Origin: Vulcanimicrobiota bacterium
Lineage (GTDB): Bacteria; Vulcanimicrobiota; Vulcanimicrobiia; Vulcanimicrobiales; Vulcanimicrobiaceae
Reading direction: 5' to 3'
Assembly (NCBI GenBank): GCA_963777315.1
Contig: CAVZQC010000002.1
Coordinates: 704,001-768,000 of the forward strand
DNA: 64,000 nucleotides
A program made the position numbers and the translations under genes. Positions 1 to 11,800 of the stretch are shown here, piece after piece. The notes below the pieces were generated by a model that searched no databases, was not told the origin of the DNA, and saw only the letters and a program-made list of their open reading frames with translations. Within the stretch, counting starts at the first letter, position 1; every line of letters begins with the position of its first letter.

Positions 1-2006
1 TGCTGCTCAACGGCTCCAGCGGCATCGCCGTCGGCATGGCGACCAACATTCCGCCGCACAACCTGAACGAAGTCGCCGACGCAGTCGCGGCAGTTATCGA
101 CGACCCCGCCGTGAGCGATGACGACTTGGCGGCGATCGTCACGGGGCCGGATTTTCCCACCGGCGGCATCATCATGGGCCAAGAAGCGGTGCGCGAGGCG
201 TACCGCACAGGCCGCGGTTCGATCGCAATCCGCGGCAAGGCCGAGATCGTCGAAGAGCGCGGCCGTCACAAGATCGTGATCACCGAGATTCCGTACCAAG
301 TCTACAAAAGCCGCATCGTCGAGGCCATTGCCGAAGCGCACGCCGAGAAGCGCATTCAGGGCATCTCCGCTCTGCACGACGAGTCCAACCGCAAGGGCAT
401 GCGCGTGGTGGTCGAGTTGCACAAATCCGCCACGCCCAAAGTCGTGCTCAATCAGCTCTACAAACACACCCCGCTGCAATCGAGCTTCGGCTTCAACATG
501 CTCGCGCTCGTTCCGGTGGGCGCGCCGCGCGCCGACGGTTCGGCCGCGCTCGAACCGCAAGTTCTTTCGCTCAAGCAGCTGCTCGAGCACTACATCGCCC
601 ATCGCAAGGACGTCGTCGTCAAGCGCACGCAGCACGATCTGCGTAAGGCGCAGGAGCGAGCGCACCTGCTCGAAGGCTACCGCATCGCGCTGGACAACAT
701 CGACGAAGTCATCGAGATCGTTCGAGGAAGCCAGACCACCGATGAAGCGCGCACAAAGCTGACTGCTCGTTTCAGCCTTTCCGACCTGCAGGCCAACGCC
801 ATCGTCGACATGCGACTGCGCACCCTGGTCGGGCTGGAACGGCAAAAGATCGAAGACGAGTACACCGAGTTGATCAAGCTCATAGGGGAGCTGCAGGACA
901 TCCTCAAAAGCCCGCGCCGAATCGCGGGCATCGTCAAATCCGAAGTGCTCGACGTCAAGAAAAAATTCGGCGACGAGCGGCGGACGGCTATCGTGCCCGC
1001 CGAAGACGAGTTCTCGGTCGAAGCGCTCATTCCGAACACCGAAGTCGTCGTAACGTACACCGTCGGCGGATACATCAAGCGCGTTTCCGGCGATACTTTC
1101 AAGACGCAAAACCGGGGCGGCCGCGGCGTCGTGGGCATTTCCAACCTCAAGCACGAGGACGTCGTGCGCAACTTCTTCATAACCAAGACCCACGATCACG
1201 TGCTGTTCTTTACCAACAAGGGACGCGCGTACCGCTTGCGCGGCTTCGAGATTCCCGACACGACGCGACAGGCGCGCGGCACGGCGCTGGTCAATCTGCT
1301 CACGCTCCCGCCCGGAGAGTACGTCACGGCGGTGTTCCCCGTGCAGCATTTTACCGGCGAACAGTACATGATCATGGTTACCAGAAACGGCGTGATCAAA
1401 AAGACCAAACTCGAGGACTTCGCCAACGTGCGGCGCAACGGCCTGAACGCGATCAATCTGGACGAAGGCGACGAGTTGCTGGCAGTCGATCTTTCCAACG
1501 GTACGCGCGACGTCATTCTGGGAACCGTCGCCGGCATGGCCGTGCACTTCAACGAAAAGAACGTTCGCCCGATGGGCCGTAACGCTCGCGGCGTAAAGGC
1601 CATGACGCTGGACAAGGGCGACACGATCGTGGCGATGGACGTGGTCGAGGACCGGCGCGAAGTGCTGCTCGTTACGACGCGCGCGTTCGGCAAGCGTACG
1701 CCCATCGACGATTATCGCCATACCTCGCGGGGCGGCAAGGGCGTCAAAGCGTTTGCAAAGGAACGCGAGGACATTGGAAAGGTCGTGGATCAGATTCTCG
1801 TCGCGCCCGAAGACGAGATCCTGATGATCACCTCGTCCAATCAAGTGATCCGCTTGCGCGTGTCCGACATCCGCAAGGCCGGCCGCTCGACCAAAGGCGT
1901 GCGATTGCAGCGTCTGGGGGAGGGCGACGAAGTCATCGCCATCACCAATTTGGGCAAACAGGCCAAGCAAATCACCGAGATTACCGGCGAAGCCCCAAGC
2001 GAGTAA
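1..2006 (+). CDS. gyrA: DNA gyrase subunit A (5' end lies before the window)
   Basis: Frame is open from base 3 ([21 protein letters not shown]). Contains GPDFPTGG, a GyrA-box-like QNRGGRG and C-terminal beta-pinwheel repeats. Confidence 0.97.
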   Translation, partial: LLNGSSGIAVGMATNIPPHNLNEVADAVAAVIDDPAVSDDDLAAIVTGPDFPTGGIIMGQEAVREAYRTGRGSIAIRGKAEIVEERGRHKIVITEIPYQVYKSRIVEAIAEAHAEKRIQGISALHDESNRKGMRVVVELHKSATPKVVLNQLYKHTPLQSSFGFNMLALVPVGAPRADGSAALEPQVLSLKQLLEHYIAHRKDVVVKRTQHDLRKAQERAHLLEGYRIALDNIDEVIEIVRGSQTTDEARTKLTARFSLSDLQANAIVDMRLRTLVGLERQKIEDEYTELIKLIGELQDILKSPRRIAGIVKSEVLDVKKKFGDERRTAIVPAEDEFSVEALIPNTEVVVTYTVGGYIKRVSGDTFKTQNRGGRGVVGISNLKHEDVVRNFFITKTHDHVLFFTNKGRAYRLRGFEIPDTTRQARGTALVNLLTLPPGEYVTAVFPVQHFTGEQYMIMVTRNGVIKKTKLEDFANVRRNGLNAINLDEGDELLAVDLSNGTRDVILGTVAGMAVHFNEKNVRPMGRNARGVKAMTLDKGDTIVAMDVVEDRREVLLVTTRAFGKRTPIDDYRHTSRGGKGVKAFAKEREDIGKVVDQILVAPEDEILMITSSNQVIRLRVSDIRKAGRSTKGVRLQRLGEGDEVIAITNLGKQAKQITEITGEAPSE

Positions 2007-2067
2007 ACTCCCGAAACTCTCTGTGGTTCGGCGGGTTTACTACAGGGCAGGAGAGTAAACAGCCAGC

Positions 2068-2394
2068 ATGAGTGCATTAGCCGACGTATCGCAAACCAAC
2101 TTCCAGCAAGAGGTGCTGGGCTCGGGCCAGCCCGTGTTGGTCGATTTTTGGGCGCCTTGGTGCGGTCCGTGCAAGATGCTGGGCCCCGTGGTTGAAAAAG
2201 TCGCCGCATCGCATGCCGGTCGCGCGAAGTTCGTCAAACTCAACACCGACGACAATCCCAGTCTGGCCGGTCAGTACCAGGTCTCGGGCATCCCGTGCCT
2301 GATCCTGTTCAAGGCCGGGAAACCGGTGGACCGCATCGTGGGATACGTGTCGGAACAGACGATCACGTCGATGCTCAGCAAACACGTGAACTAA
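2068..2394 (+). CDS. trxA: Thioredoxin
   Basis: VDFWAPWCGPC active site; 108 aa. Confidence 0.97.
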   Translation: MSALADVSQTNFQQEVLGSGQPVLVDFWAPWCGPCKMLGPVVEKVAASHAGRAKFVKLNTDDNPSLAGQYQVSGIPCLILFKAGKPVDRIVGYVSEQTITSMLSKHVN

Positions 2395-2423
2395 AAGGCG
2401 CCCGTATCTCCGGCAATAAAACC

Positions 2424-3765
2424 ATGCGCAGCATTCCAGCTGTGCATCGTTTTTTGTCCGAGCCGCGCATTGCGGCGTTCGAGGCAATTCTGGGCAAGGC
2501 GTCGGTCAAGGGCAGCATCGTGCAAACGCTCGATGCGGCGCGGCGGCAATCCCGCGACGGCGGCGTTCCGGCATACGAAACGCTGCGTGAATCGGTGATC
2601 GAGCGCTTGGAGCGCGAACACGGCGAAATGCTGGTCTCCGTCATCAACGCTACCGGCGTATTGCTGCACACGAATTTGGGGCGCGCGCCGCTGAGTAAAG
2701 CTGCGGTGGAAGCAATGGCGAAAATTGCTGCGGGATACTCCAACGTGGAATATCGGCTCGCCACGGGCCGGCGCGGTTCGCGCTACGCGCACGCGACCGG
2801 CATTTTGCGCGCGCTTACGGGTGCGCAGGATGCGTTGGTCGTCAACAACGGCGCTGCCGCCGTGCTGCTGGTGCTCGATACGCTGGCCAAGGGCCGCGAA
2901 GTGATCGTTTCGCGCGGTCAGCTGGTTGAAATCGGCGGCGGGTTCCGGCTGCCGGACGTGCTCGAGCGCAGCGGAGCGCGCTTAGTGGAAGTCGGCACGA
3001 CGAACAAAACGTATTTGCGCGATTTCGAGCGCGCTCTTTCACCCCACACGGCACTCCTGCTGCGAACCCATCCGTCCAATTTTCGGATGACGGGATTCAC
3101 CCAGGACTTGGATCCCGCGCAGCTGGGCGCGCTGGGCCGGCGCGCAGGCATTCCGGTCGTGGAGGACTTGGGCAGTGGCGCGTTGGCCGATTTCGGCGAG
3201 TATGGTCTGCCTCGTGAGCGGACGGTACGGCAAGCGTTGGCCGACGGCATGGATTTGGTGACCTTTTCGGGTGACAAAATGCTGGGCGGTCCGCAAGCGG
3301 GAATCATCGCCGGCAACGGCGCGCTCATTGCGCGCCTGCTCGCCAATCCGCTGCTGCGCGCTTTGCGCGTGGACAAAATTACGCTGGCCGCCCTTGCCGA
3401 AACGCTTGCGCTGCACGCATCGCCCAAACGGCGCTGCGAGCTGCCGCTTTTTGCCATGCTGGAGGCGAGCGTCGAGCAACTGCGTTCGCGCGCACGGGGG
3501 TACTGCGATGCCGTACCCGGCGCTGAAGCGATCGACAGCGCTGCGTATGCCGGCGGCGGATCGCTGCCGGAATCGGCAATCGCGTCCGTCGCGATCGCAG
3601 TGCCGTTTGCCGCCGGTGCGCAAAGGGCGGCGGCCGCATTGCGCAGGCAGCCTACGCCCATCGTCGCACGCATCGACGACGATCGCGTGCTGTTGGATTT
3701 GCGGACCATCAGCTCCTGAAGACGACGCCCAGGTCATCGCGGCGCTGCAAGCCGTAATGCAGTAA
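2424..3765 (+). CDS. selA: L-seryl-tRNA(Sec) selenium transferase, with a 1-nt frameshift near 3711
   Basis: INATGVLLHTNLGRAP, VNNGAAA and the PLP-lysine motif FSGDKMLGGPQAG. The zero frame stops at TGA 3717-3719. The expected C-terminus (APEDDAQVIAALQAVMQ*) continues in the +1 frame to 3765, 4 nt before selB. Confidence 0.93.
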
Positions 3766-3769
3766 CGGC

Positions 3770-5647
3770 ATGCACGTTATCGGGACTGCCGGCCACGTCG
3801 ATCACGGAAAATCTACGCTGGTGCGCGCGCTGACCGGCACGAATCCCGACCGGTGGCTGGAAGAGCAGTTGCGCGGAATGACCTTGGATTTGGGTTTCGC
3901 GCACTTGCGTTTTGCCGACGGCGTGGAGGCGGGCATCGTCGACGTCCCCGGCCACGAACGGTTTTTGCACAACATGCTCGCGGGCGCCGCCGGCATGGAA
4001 CTGCTGCTGCTGGTCATTGCGGCCAACGAAGGCATCATGCCGCAAACCGTGGAGCACCTGCAGATCCTGCACTACCTTAACGTGCGCGAAGTCATCGTCG
4101 TGGTAACGAAGGCCGATCTGCTCGGCGAGGAAGATCTTGCCGCAGCGTGCGCGCGCATTCACGCCGGCTTGAAGGGAACGATTGCGGCGCAAGCGCCGGT
4201 GGTGGCCGTTTCCGTGACGACCGGATACCATTTGGACGCGCTGCGCGATTCGATCCGCCGCGCGCTCGAGCGGCTTCCCGCCCGCGATCCCGATGCTCCG
4301 GCATACATGCCGGTCGATCGCGTGTTCGCATTGCCCGGTCACGGGACGATCGTAACGGGCACGCTGATGCAAGGCCGCATCCGGACCGGCGAAACGCTGT
4401 TTCTGCAGCCGTCCGGCAAAGCGGTGCGCGTTCGCAGCTTGCAAAGTTTCGGCGAAAAACGCGACGCGGTAGACGGCGGGACGCGAGTTGCGGTGAACGT
4501 TCCCTCGGTCGGAGCGCGAGAAATAGCGCGCGGCGAGATGTTGGTGGCCGCGCAATTCGCGCCGAGCCGGAATTTTTCGGTTCGCTTTACGCCGTTGCCC
4601 CACGCGCTTGCGCTGCTGCGCCGTCGAAACGCGGTGCGAATCTATATCGGCTCGGCGGAGATCCTAGGCTCGCTGCTGTTCGAATTGATACCGCAAAGCG
4701 CGATCGAAACGCGCGCGCAGGTCGTTCTGCGCCGCGGCTGCGTGGCATATCCCGGAATGCCGTTCGTCGCGCGGCGGCTTTCGCCCAAGACGCTGCTGGG
4801 CGGAGGGCAATTGGAAGGCGCCGGCCGCTTCGAAGATGAGCCCTCGAACGAGCGCAGTCCGCACGAATCCAGCGTGCTTACCGTGCTGCGGCAGGGCGTT
4901 CTGGCCGCGCGGACCGCAACCGAAATCGCACGGCAAGCCAATCTGCGCGACGATTCGGTTGCCGCTGCGCTTGCTTCATTGCTGGAGCGAGGTGAGGTGT
5001 TGGCGGTACTTCGTCCGGCTGCGTACGTCGACGCGCTGGGCGCTCAGGCGCTCCTCGAGCGGGCGCTGGAAGTTCTCGTACGGCAGCAGCAGGCCGAACC
5101 GTGGTCGATGGGGGCAACGTCGCTTCTGCTGGCTCGCGCACTGTCCGTCGACGAGAGCCTGCTCATGCGCATTCTCGATGCTTTCGCGCAAGACGGCCGC
5201 ATAGCGCGCCGGGCCGGATACTTTTCAACCACCGATTACGCGCCCGCGCTTTCATCCGAGCAGCAAGCCTTCTTCGCATCCGCGCTGCGCATGGACCCAA
5301 GCAATCCGCTCGTTCCCACGCCGCTGGCCGAGGTGGTCGCAAAGGTCAAGCAGTCCCGGGTGAGCGGAGTCTCCAAGGCGTTCGATACGCTGATTGCCAA
5401 AGGTGCACTCGTGAAGGTCGGTGACGAACTGTATCGTGGCGAACAGATTGCAACGGTCCATGCGCGCGTCGAAACGTTCTTGCTCGCGAACGCCCGGATG
5501 ACCATGGCGCAGTTTCGCGACGTGGTCGGAACCTCACGCAAGTATGCCGTTCCGCTGCTGGAATGGTTCGATGCGCGCGGGATCACCGTTCGCAGCGGTG
5601 ACTATCGAATGCTCAGAGCGACCACCGCGCGCGCGCAGACCGGTTGA
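3770..5647 (+). CDS. selB: Selenocysteine-specific elongation factor
   Basis: GTAGHVDHGKS, DVPGHERF, and the C-terminal winged-helix motif SRKYAVPLLEWFD; directly follows selA. Confidence 0.96.
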   Translation: MHVIGTAGHVDHGKSTLVRALTGTNPDRWLEEQLRGMTLDLGFAHLRFADGVEAGIVDVPGHERFLHNMLAGAAGMELLLLVIAANEGIMPQTVEHLQILHYLNVREVIVVVTKADLLGEEDLAAACARIHAGLKGTIAAQAPVVAVSVTTGYHLDALRDSIRRALERLPARDPDAPAYMPVDRVFALPGHGTIVTGTLMQGRIRTGETLFLQPSGKAVRVRSLQSFGEKRDAVDGGTRVAVNVPSVGAREIARGEMLVAAQFAPSRNFSVRFTPLPHALALLRRRNAVRIYIGSAEILGSLLFELIPQSAIETRAQVVLRRGCVAYPGMPFVARRLSPKTLLGGGQLEGAGRFEDEPSNERSPHESSVLTVLRQGVLAARTATEIARQANLRDDSVAAALASLLERGEVLAVLRPAAYVDALGAQALLERALEVLVRQQQAEPWSMGATSLLLARALSVDESLLMRILDAFAQDGRIARRAGYFSTTDYAPALSSEQQAFFASALRMDPSNPLVPTPLAEVVAKVKQSRVSGVSKAFDTLIAKGALVKVGDELYRGEQIATVHARVETFLLANARMTMAQFRDVVGTSRKYAVPLLEWFDARGITVRSGDYRMLRATTARAQTG

Positions 5648-5648
5648 C

Positions 5649-6653
5649 GTGATAGACGTCGGCCTTCTGCCCAAGGCGGAGCTGCACGTGCACATCGAAG
5701 GTACGCTGGAACCGAATGCGATTTTGGCGATGGCCGAACGCAACGGCGTGATGCTAAACTACTCGAGCGCCGAAGCGCTGTACGCCGCGTACCGGTTTTC
5801 CAATCTGCAGTCGTTTTTGGATCTGTACTACGCGGCAACGTCCGTGCTGCGCACCGAACGCGATTTCGAAGAGCTGGCGCTGGCGTATCTCAAACGAGCG
5901 CAAGCGCAGAACGTCAAACATGCGGAAATCTTTTTCGATCCGCAGGCCCACCTCGAACGCGGCATTCCCTTTGAAACCGTCATCGACGGGCTCTGGTCGG
6001 CGCTTTCCCGCAGCGAACGCGATTTCGGCATGAGCACCAAGTTGATCATGTGTTTCTTGCGCGACCGTTCCATGCGTTCTGCAATGCAGACTTTGGATTT
6101 GGCCCTGCCGTATCAGCAGCGCATCGTCGGCGTGGGTTTGGATTCGGCGGAGCTGGACAACCCGCCGTCGAAATTTCACCTCGTCTTCGAGCGCGCGCGC
6201 GCTTACGGTTTCCTGACCGTCGCGCATGCGGGTGAAGAAGGACCGCCTTCATATGTTTGGCAAGCGCTCGATCAACTCAAAGTCGCGCGCGTGGACCATG
6301 GCGTGCGCGCAATGGAAGACGAGCGGCTGGTCGAACGGCTGCGGCGCACGAGGATTCCGCTCACGGTATGCCCGCTTTCCAACGTGCGCCTGCGCGTAGT
6401 TGCGTCGCTCGAAGAACATCCGCTCAAACGCATGATCGATGCCGGCCTGCTCGCCACGGTAAATTCGGACGATCCGGCGTACTTCGGCGGGTACGTAGCA
6501 GACAACTATACCAGGGCCGCGGCCGCGCTGCGGCTTTCCGACGCCGACGTGGTGCAACTTGCGAAGAACTCGTTTCAAGCCTCCTTCATCGACGACGCGA
6601 CAAAAGGCGCGTACACCGCGCAAATCGACGCCGTCGTGTCCGGGGCCGCGTAG
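5649..6653 (+). CDS. add: Adenine/adenosine deaminase
   Basis: PKAELHVHIEG, AHAGEE, RVDHG and NSDDP metal-binding motifs; GTG start chosen just after the selB stop. Confidence 0.92.
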   Translation: MIDVGLLPKAELHVHIEGTLEPNAILAMAERNGVMLNYSSAEALYAAYRFSNLQSFLDLYYAATSVLRTERDFEELALAYLKRAQAQNVKHAEIFFDPQAHLERGIPFETVIDGLWSALSRSERDFGMSTKLIMCFLRDRSMRSAMQTLDLALPYQQRIVGVGLDSAELDNPPSKFHLVFERARAYGFLTVAHAGEEGPPSYVWQALDQLKVARVDHGVRAMEDERLVERLRRTRIPLTVCPLSNVRLRVVASLEEHPLKRMIDAGLLATVNSDDPAYFGGYVADNYTRAAAALRLSDADVVQLAKNSFQASFIDDATKGAYTAQIDAVVSGAA

Positions 6654-6704
6654 GCAGCGACCGCAACCGGCAAGGGCGTTCCCGCTGTTTATCTTGGTGA
6701 CGCT

Positions 6705-9338
6705 ATGAATGTAGACCGAATGACTGAGCGCGTTCAAGACGCGCTCAATGCCGCGTATACTCGCGCGCTCAACGAGCACAATACGCAGACGGCTCCCGAG
6801 CACTTGCTTGCCGCGCTGCTGGATCAGGATCGCGGCATTGCGCCCGACATCATCAAAGAGGCGGGCGTCGATCCCAAAGTCGTCGCAGCCAAAGCCGACG
6901 ATGCCACCGCGCGGCTTCCCAGGCTGACCGGTTCCAACGCCGATCAAGCCACCGTCACGGTTTCTCCCGAACTCACGCGCCTGCTCTCACTGGCAGAGAA
7001 CGACGCCAAACAGCTGCAAGACGATTATGTTTCGGTCGAGCACTTGCTGCTGGCCATGGCGGAAACCAACGGAACTGCCGGAAGAATTTTGCGCGAGACC
7101 GGGCTCACGCGCGACAAATTGCTCGGCGCTCTGCGCACCGTGCGCGGAAACCAGCGCGTCACCACCCAAAACCCGGAAGGCACGTACAAAAGCCTCGAGC
7201 GTTACGGGCGCGATCTCACCCTGGAAGCCGAGCGCGGCAAACTCGATCCCGTCATCGGACGCGACGATGAAATACGGCGCGTCATCCAAGTGCTCTCGCG
7301 GCGCACCAAAAACAACCCGGTGCTGATCGGCGATCCCGGCGTCGGCAAGACCGCCATCGTCGAGGGACTGGCCCAGCGGATCGTTCGCCGCGACGTTCCC
7401 GAAGGCTTGAAAGACAAGCGCATCGTCGCGTTGGACATGGGCGCGCTGATCGCCGGCGCCAAGTATCGCGGCGAATTCGAGGAGCGCCTCAAAGCGGTGC
7501 TCAAAGACGTGCAGAATTCCGAGGGACAGATTCTGCTGTTCGTCGACGAGCTGCACACGGTTGTCGGAGCCGGCAAAGCGGAGGGCGCGATGGACGCGGG
7601 CAATCTGCTCAAACCGATGCTCGCTCGCGGCGAACTGCACATGATCGGTGCGACGACCCTGAACGAGTACCGCAAATACGTCGAAAAGGATGCCGCGCTC
7701 GAACGGCGCTTCCAGCCCGTGTTCGTGGGACAGCCCAGCGTCGAGGACACGATCTCGATTCTACGCGGACTCAAGGAGAAGTACGAAGCGCATCACGGCG
7801 TTCGGATCAAAGACTCCGCGCTCGTGGCCGCGGCGACGCTGTCCAACCGCTATATCAGTGACAGATTTCTGCCCGACAAGGCGATCGATCTGGTTGACGA
7901 AGCCGCCGCCAAGTTACGCACGGAGATCGATTCGATGCCCCAGGAGCTCGACGAGCTGCGGCGTCGCGTCATGCAGCTGGAGATCGAACGTGAAGCGTTG
8001 CGCAAGGAAAGCGATACCGCCAGCAAACACCGCTTGGAGCAGCTGGAGAAAGAATTGGCGGACCTGCGCGAGGACCAGATGCAGCTGCAGGCGCGCTGGC
8101 AGAGCGAGAAGACGGCAGCGATGAAACTGCGCGAACTCCGCGAGCAGATCGAGCAGACGAAGGTGCAGATAGAGCAAGCCGAACGCCAATACGATCTCAA
8201 TCGCGTCGCGGAACTGCGCTACGGCAAACTGTCTTCGCTTGAAAAGCAGCTGCACGATGAGGAAGAGCGCTTGTCGTCGCGCGACGGCCATACGCGGCTT
8301 TCCAAAGAGGAAGTCGACGAAGAGGATATCGCCGAGGTGATAAGCCGCTGGACCGGCATCCCGGTAACCAAATTGCTCGAAGGCGAAGTGCAGAAACTGC
8401 TGCATTTGGACGACGAGTTGCACAAGCGCGTCATCGGACAGGACGAGGCCGTCGACGCGGTCGCAGAGGCCGTCGTGCGTTCGCGCTCGGGTCTGGCCGA
8501 CCCGAATCGGCCCATCGGCTCGTTTATTTTCCTGGGACCGACCGGCGTGGGGAAAACCGAACTTGCGCGCGCGCTGGCCGAGTATCTGTTCGACGACGAA
8601 CGCGCCATGATCCGCATCGACATGTCGGAGTATCAGGAGCGGCATACCGTTGCGCGGCTGCTGGGAGCGCCTCCGGGATACGTCGGTTTCGAAGAAGGCG
8701 GCCAGCTGACCGAAGCCGTTCGCCGCCGGCCCTACAGCGTGGTGTTGTTCGACGAGATCGAAAAGGCGCACGCCGACGTCTTCAACGTGTTCCTGCAGAT
8801 CCTCGACGACGGGCGCCTGACGGATGGCCAAGGGCGCACGGTCGATTTCCGCAACACGATCGTCATCATGACCTCAAACGTCGGCAGCCACCGCATACTG
8901 GACTACAAGGGCGAGGTCGGCGCGGCGGAATACGCCGTCATGCGCGCCACGGTGCTGGACGAACTGCGCCAGCACTTCCGTCCGGAGTTTCTCAATCGCG
9001 TGGACGAGGTGATCGTATTTCACGCGCTTACCGAGGAGGAGCTCGGGAAAATCATCGAGATACAATTGCGCCGCGTTCGCCGCCGGCTGGCCCAGCGGCG
9101 TATCGAACTCGAGCTGACCGATGCGGCAAAGCGCCATCTGGTCAAGACGGGATACGATCCGGTTTACGGCGCTCGACCGCTCAAACGGGCGATACAGAAA
9201 GAACTCGAAACGCCGCTGGGGCGCAAAATTCTCGCGGGAGACGTTCAGGACGGGCAGAAAGTCGTGGTCGACTACGACGACATTCGCGGTGAACTGACGT
9301 TTTTGGCCGAGCCGGCCGGCGAACCGGTACTGATTTAA
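6705..9338 (+). CDS. clpB: ATP-dependent disaggregase ClpB
   Basis: Two AAA+ modules ([16 protein letters not shown]) and a long coiled-coil middle domain; 877 aa. Confidence 0.97.
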   Translation: MNVDRMTERVQDALNAAYTRALNEHNTQTAPEHLLAALLDQDRGIAPDIIKEAGVDPKVVAAKADDATARLPRLTGSNADQATVTVSPELTRLLSLAENDAKQLQDDYVSVEHLLLAMAETNGTAGRILRETGLTRDKLLGALRTVRGNQRVTTQNPEGTYKSLERYGRDLTLEAERGKLDPVIGRDDEIRRVIQVLSRRTKNNPVLIGDPGVGKTAIVEGLAQRIVRRDVPEGLKDKRIVALDMGALIAGAKYRGEFEERLKAVLKDVQNSEGQILLFVDELHTVVGAGKAEGAMDAGNLLKPMLARGELHMIGATTLNEYRKYVEKDAALERRFQPVFVGQPSVEDTISILRGLKEKYEAHHGVRIKDSALVAAATLSNRYISDRFLPDKAIDLVDEAAAKLRTEIDSMPQELDELRRRVMQLEIEREALRKESDTASKHRLEQLEKELADLREDQMQLQARWQSEKTAAMKLRELREQIEQTKVQIEQAERQYDLNRVAELRYGKLSSLEKQLHDEEERLSSRDGHTRLSKEEVDEEDIAEVISRWTGIPVTKLLEGEVQKLLHLDDELHKRVIGQDEAVDAVAEAVVRSRSGLADPNRPIGSFIFLGPTGVGKTELARALAEYLFDDERAMIRIDMSEYQERHTVARLLGAPPGYVGFEEGGQLTEAVRRRPYSVVLFDEIEKAHADVFNVFLQILDDGRLTDGQGRTVDFRNTIVIMTSNVGSHRILDYKGEVGAAEYAVMRATVLDELRQHFRPEFLNRVDEVIVFHALTEEELGKIIEIQLRRVRRRLAQRRIELELTDAAKRHLVKTGYDPVYGARPLKRAIQKELETPLGRKILAGDVQDGQKVVVDYDDIRGELTFLAEPAGEPVLI

Positions 9339-9343
9339 AGGGG

Positions 9344-9937
9344 TTAAGGCCTTTTCGAACTGCCGATGTAGGTTGGTAAGCCGTCTTGCATCGGGAACAG
9401 CGATTCGAATGAAGATAGCTTCGCGTGCGGCATATGCTTGGGATAGTTCCCCTGCGCGTGCTTTTTGCTCCACTGCAGTGCGGCGACGTGAAGGTATTCG
9501 AAGTTCTCCCAAATCGCAGCGCCCGCGTGGTGTCGCGCCAGGGCGGTTATGGGCTCCATCAACTCCCACGCTTGCTGGATGCGAAACGAATACACGTCCA
9601 GGAACGCGTCCACCGGAATGAGATGGTTTTTCACCAGACTCCCGACCCAGTCGTAGGAATTTCCGAGCTGCAGCCAAGCCACGTTGCGGTCGAACGTGTT
9701 ATCGATGACGCTGGCGACGTATTGCGCGTCCCCCAGCAGTATCGGCAATTGACGCTGCGTTTCGGTCAGCCAGGCGTTGAAGTTCGCATCTTCGACCCGC
9801 GCGAGGACGCTGAGCAACCCTTCGAGCTGATTGGACGCGCGCATATGGCGTAACTGAAAAACGGCAGCCAGGGCCGTCGCCGCGATGACGACGAACGTGC
9901 CCAAGGCCGCGACCGTATTGACCACCTGAAGAGACAT
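9344..9937 (-). CDS. Hypothetical protein with N-terminal TM helix (DUF4760-like)
   Basis: ATG 10 nt after the typA stop. A hydrophobic N-terminus is followed by QLRH, with WENFEYL near the C-terminus. Confidence 0.7.
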   Translation of the reverse strand: MSLQVVNTVAALGTFVVIAATALAAVFQLRHMRASNQLEGLLSVLARVEDANFNAWLTETQRQLPILLGDAQYVASVIDNTFDRNVAWLQLGNSYDWVGSLVKNHLIPVDAFLDVYSFRIQQAWELMEPITALARHHAGAAIWENFEYLHVAALQWSKKHAQGNYPKHMPHAKLSSFESLFPMQDGLPTYIGSSKRP

Positions 9938-9947
9938 CAGCTCGTAC

Positions 9948-11789
9948 CTATGCGTGCTCGGCCGCGCCCAGAACGGCAACGCGCTTGCGCTGGCGCAAAC
10001 GATCGGTCTCGTTCAACAGGCGCTTGCGCACCCGAATCGATTTGGGCGTGATCTCCACGAGCTCGTCGTCTTCGATAAACTCGATCGCGCGTTCGAGCGA
10101 CGGCTCTTCGGGCGGAGGCAGCTTCACGTTCTCGTCCGAACCGGCAGCGCGCATGTTGGTCAGCTTCTTTTCGCGTACGACGTTGAGGGCGATGTCTTTG
10201 TCGTCGTTGGCGCGCCCGACGACCATGCCTTCGTACACGTCGACGCCCGGCCCGACGAAAAATCGTCCTCGCTGCTCCAGGCCCATGAGCGCGTAAGCCG
10301 TGACGCGCCCGGTGTCGCTGGCGACGAGCGCGCCGACGGTGCGCCCGGGCAATTCTCCTTGCCATTCCTGGTGGTCGTAATACGTGTGCGACATGACGGC
10401 GGTGCCGCGCGTGAGCGTGAGCAGCTCGCCGCGCAAACCGAAAATGGCCCGGGTGGGCATCGTATATTCCAAACGCCGCGAATCGGCGACGTTGATCATG
10501 TTCGACATGATGGCTTTGCGCTTGCCCAGCGCTTCGATGACCGATCCTTCGTAATCGGAGGGCACGTCCACCACGACGTACTCGACGGGTTCCCACTTCT
10601 TGCCGTCGCGTTCGGTTACGATGACCTGGGGCTTTGAAACCTGCAGTTCGTAGCCTTCGCGGCGCATCGTTTCGATCAGGATCGACAGATGCAGCTCGCC
10701 GCGTCCGCGCACTTCGAAGGTGTCGGCGGTATCGGTATCCGCAACCCGCAGCGCGACGTTGGATTCCAATTCGCGCATGAGGCGCTCGCGAATCTGCCTA
10801 GAGGTGAGGTACTTGCCTTCCTTGCCGGCGAACGGCGAATTGTTGACGCTGAAAAACATCGACACGGTCGGCTCGTCGACTGAAACGGCGTGCACGCCTT
10901 CGGCGGCAGTGAGATCGGCGATCGTATCACCGATGTTCAGCCCTTCGATGCCCGACACGCAGACGATGTCCCCGGCGGAGGCTTCCTCGACCTCGACGCG
11001 TTCCAGACCTTGGAACGTCAGCAGTTTGGTCAACCGCAGCCCGCTTTCGACTTTGCCTTCGCGCGTGACCTTGGCGATCGGAGCGTTGACCTTGGCGCTT
11101 CCGCGGAATACTCGGCCAATGCCGATTCGGCCGACGTATTGGTTATGGTCGATCGCCGAAACCAGCATTTGGAAGCCGCCCTCTTCGGCGGGCGCTTCCG
11201 GAACGCGATCGCGGATCACCGCGAAGAGCGGCTCGAGGTCATCGCCGTCGTCCTGCGGGCTGCGCTTGGCAATGCCCAGTTTGGCGTTGGTGAAGACGAC
11301 CGGAAAATCGGCTTGCTCGTCGTTGGCTCCAAGCTCGATGAAGAGGTCGAATACTTCGTTGACGACCTCGGTGGGACGCGCGTCTTTCCGGTCGATTTTG
11401 TTGACGACGACGATCGCCCGCAGGTCGAGTTCGAGCGCTTTGCGCAGCACGAAACGCGTTTGCGGCATAACGCCTTCGGCCGCGTCGACCAGCAGCAGCA
11501 CGCCTTGCACCATCTGCAGCACCCGTTCGACCTCGCCGCCGAAGTCCGAATGTCCGGGCGTATCGACGATGTTGAACTTCACGGCGCCGTGCCGCACCGA
11601 CGTGTTTTTGGCCAGGATCGTTATGCCGCGCTCGCGCTCGAGCGGGTTGGAATCCATGATGCGGGTCTGAACGTTCTGGCCCTGCCGGAAGACGCCGCTC
11701 TGCTTGAGCATGGCGTCGACCAGGGTGGTTTTACCGTGGTCGACGTGCGCGATGATCGCCACGTTGCGAATGTCCGGGCGCGTGTTCAT
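9948..11789 (-). CDS. typA: Translational GTPase TypA/BipA
   Basis: [34 protein letters not shown]. Confidence 0.97.
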   Translation of the reverse strand: MNTRPDIRNVAIIAHVDHGKTTLVDAMLKQSGVFRQGQNVQTRIMDSNPLERERGITILAKNTSVRHGAVKFNIVDTPGHSDFGGEVERVLQMVQGVLLLVDAAEGVMPQTRFVLRKALELDLRAIVVVNKIDRKDARPTEVVNEVFDLFIELGANDEQADFPVVFTNAKLGIAKRSPQDDGDDLEPLFAVIRDRVPEAPAEEGGFQMLVSAIDHNQYVGRIGIGRVFRGSAKVNAPIAKVTREGKVESGLRLTKLLTFQGLERVEVEEASAGDIVCVSGIEGLNIGDTIADLTAAEGVHAVSVDEPTVSMFFSVNNSPFAGKEGKYLTSRQIRERLMRELESNVALRVADTDTADTFEVRGRGELHLSILIETMRREGYELQVSKPQVIVTERDGKKWEPVEYVVVDVPSDYEGSVIEALGKRKAIMSNMINVADSRRLEYTMPTRAIFGLRGELLTLTRGTAVMSHTYYDHQEWQGELPGRTVGALVASDTGRVTAYALMGLEQRGRFFVGPGVDVYEGMVVGRANDDKDIALNVVREKKLTNMRAAGSDENVKLPPPEEPSLERAIEFIEDDELVEITPKSIRVRKRLLNETDRLRQRKRVAVLGAAEHA

Positions 11790-11800
11790 ACTCTTACGTT

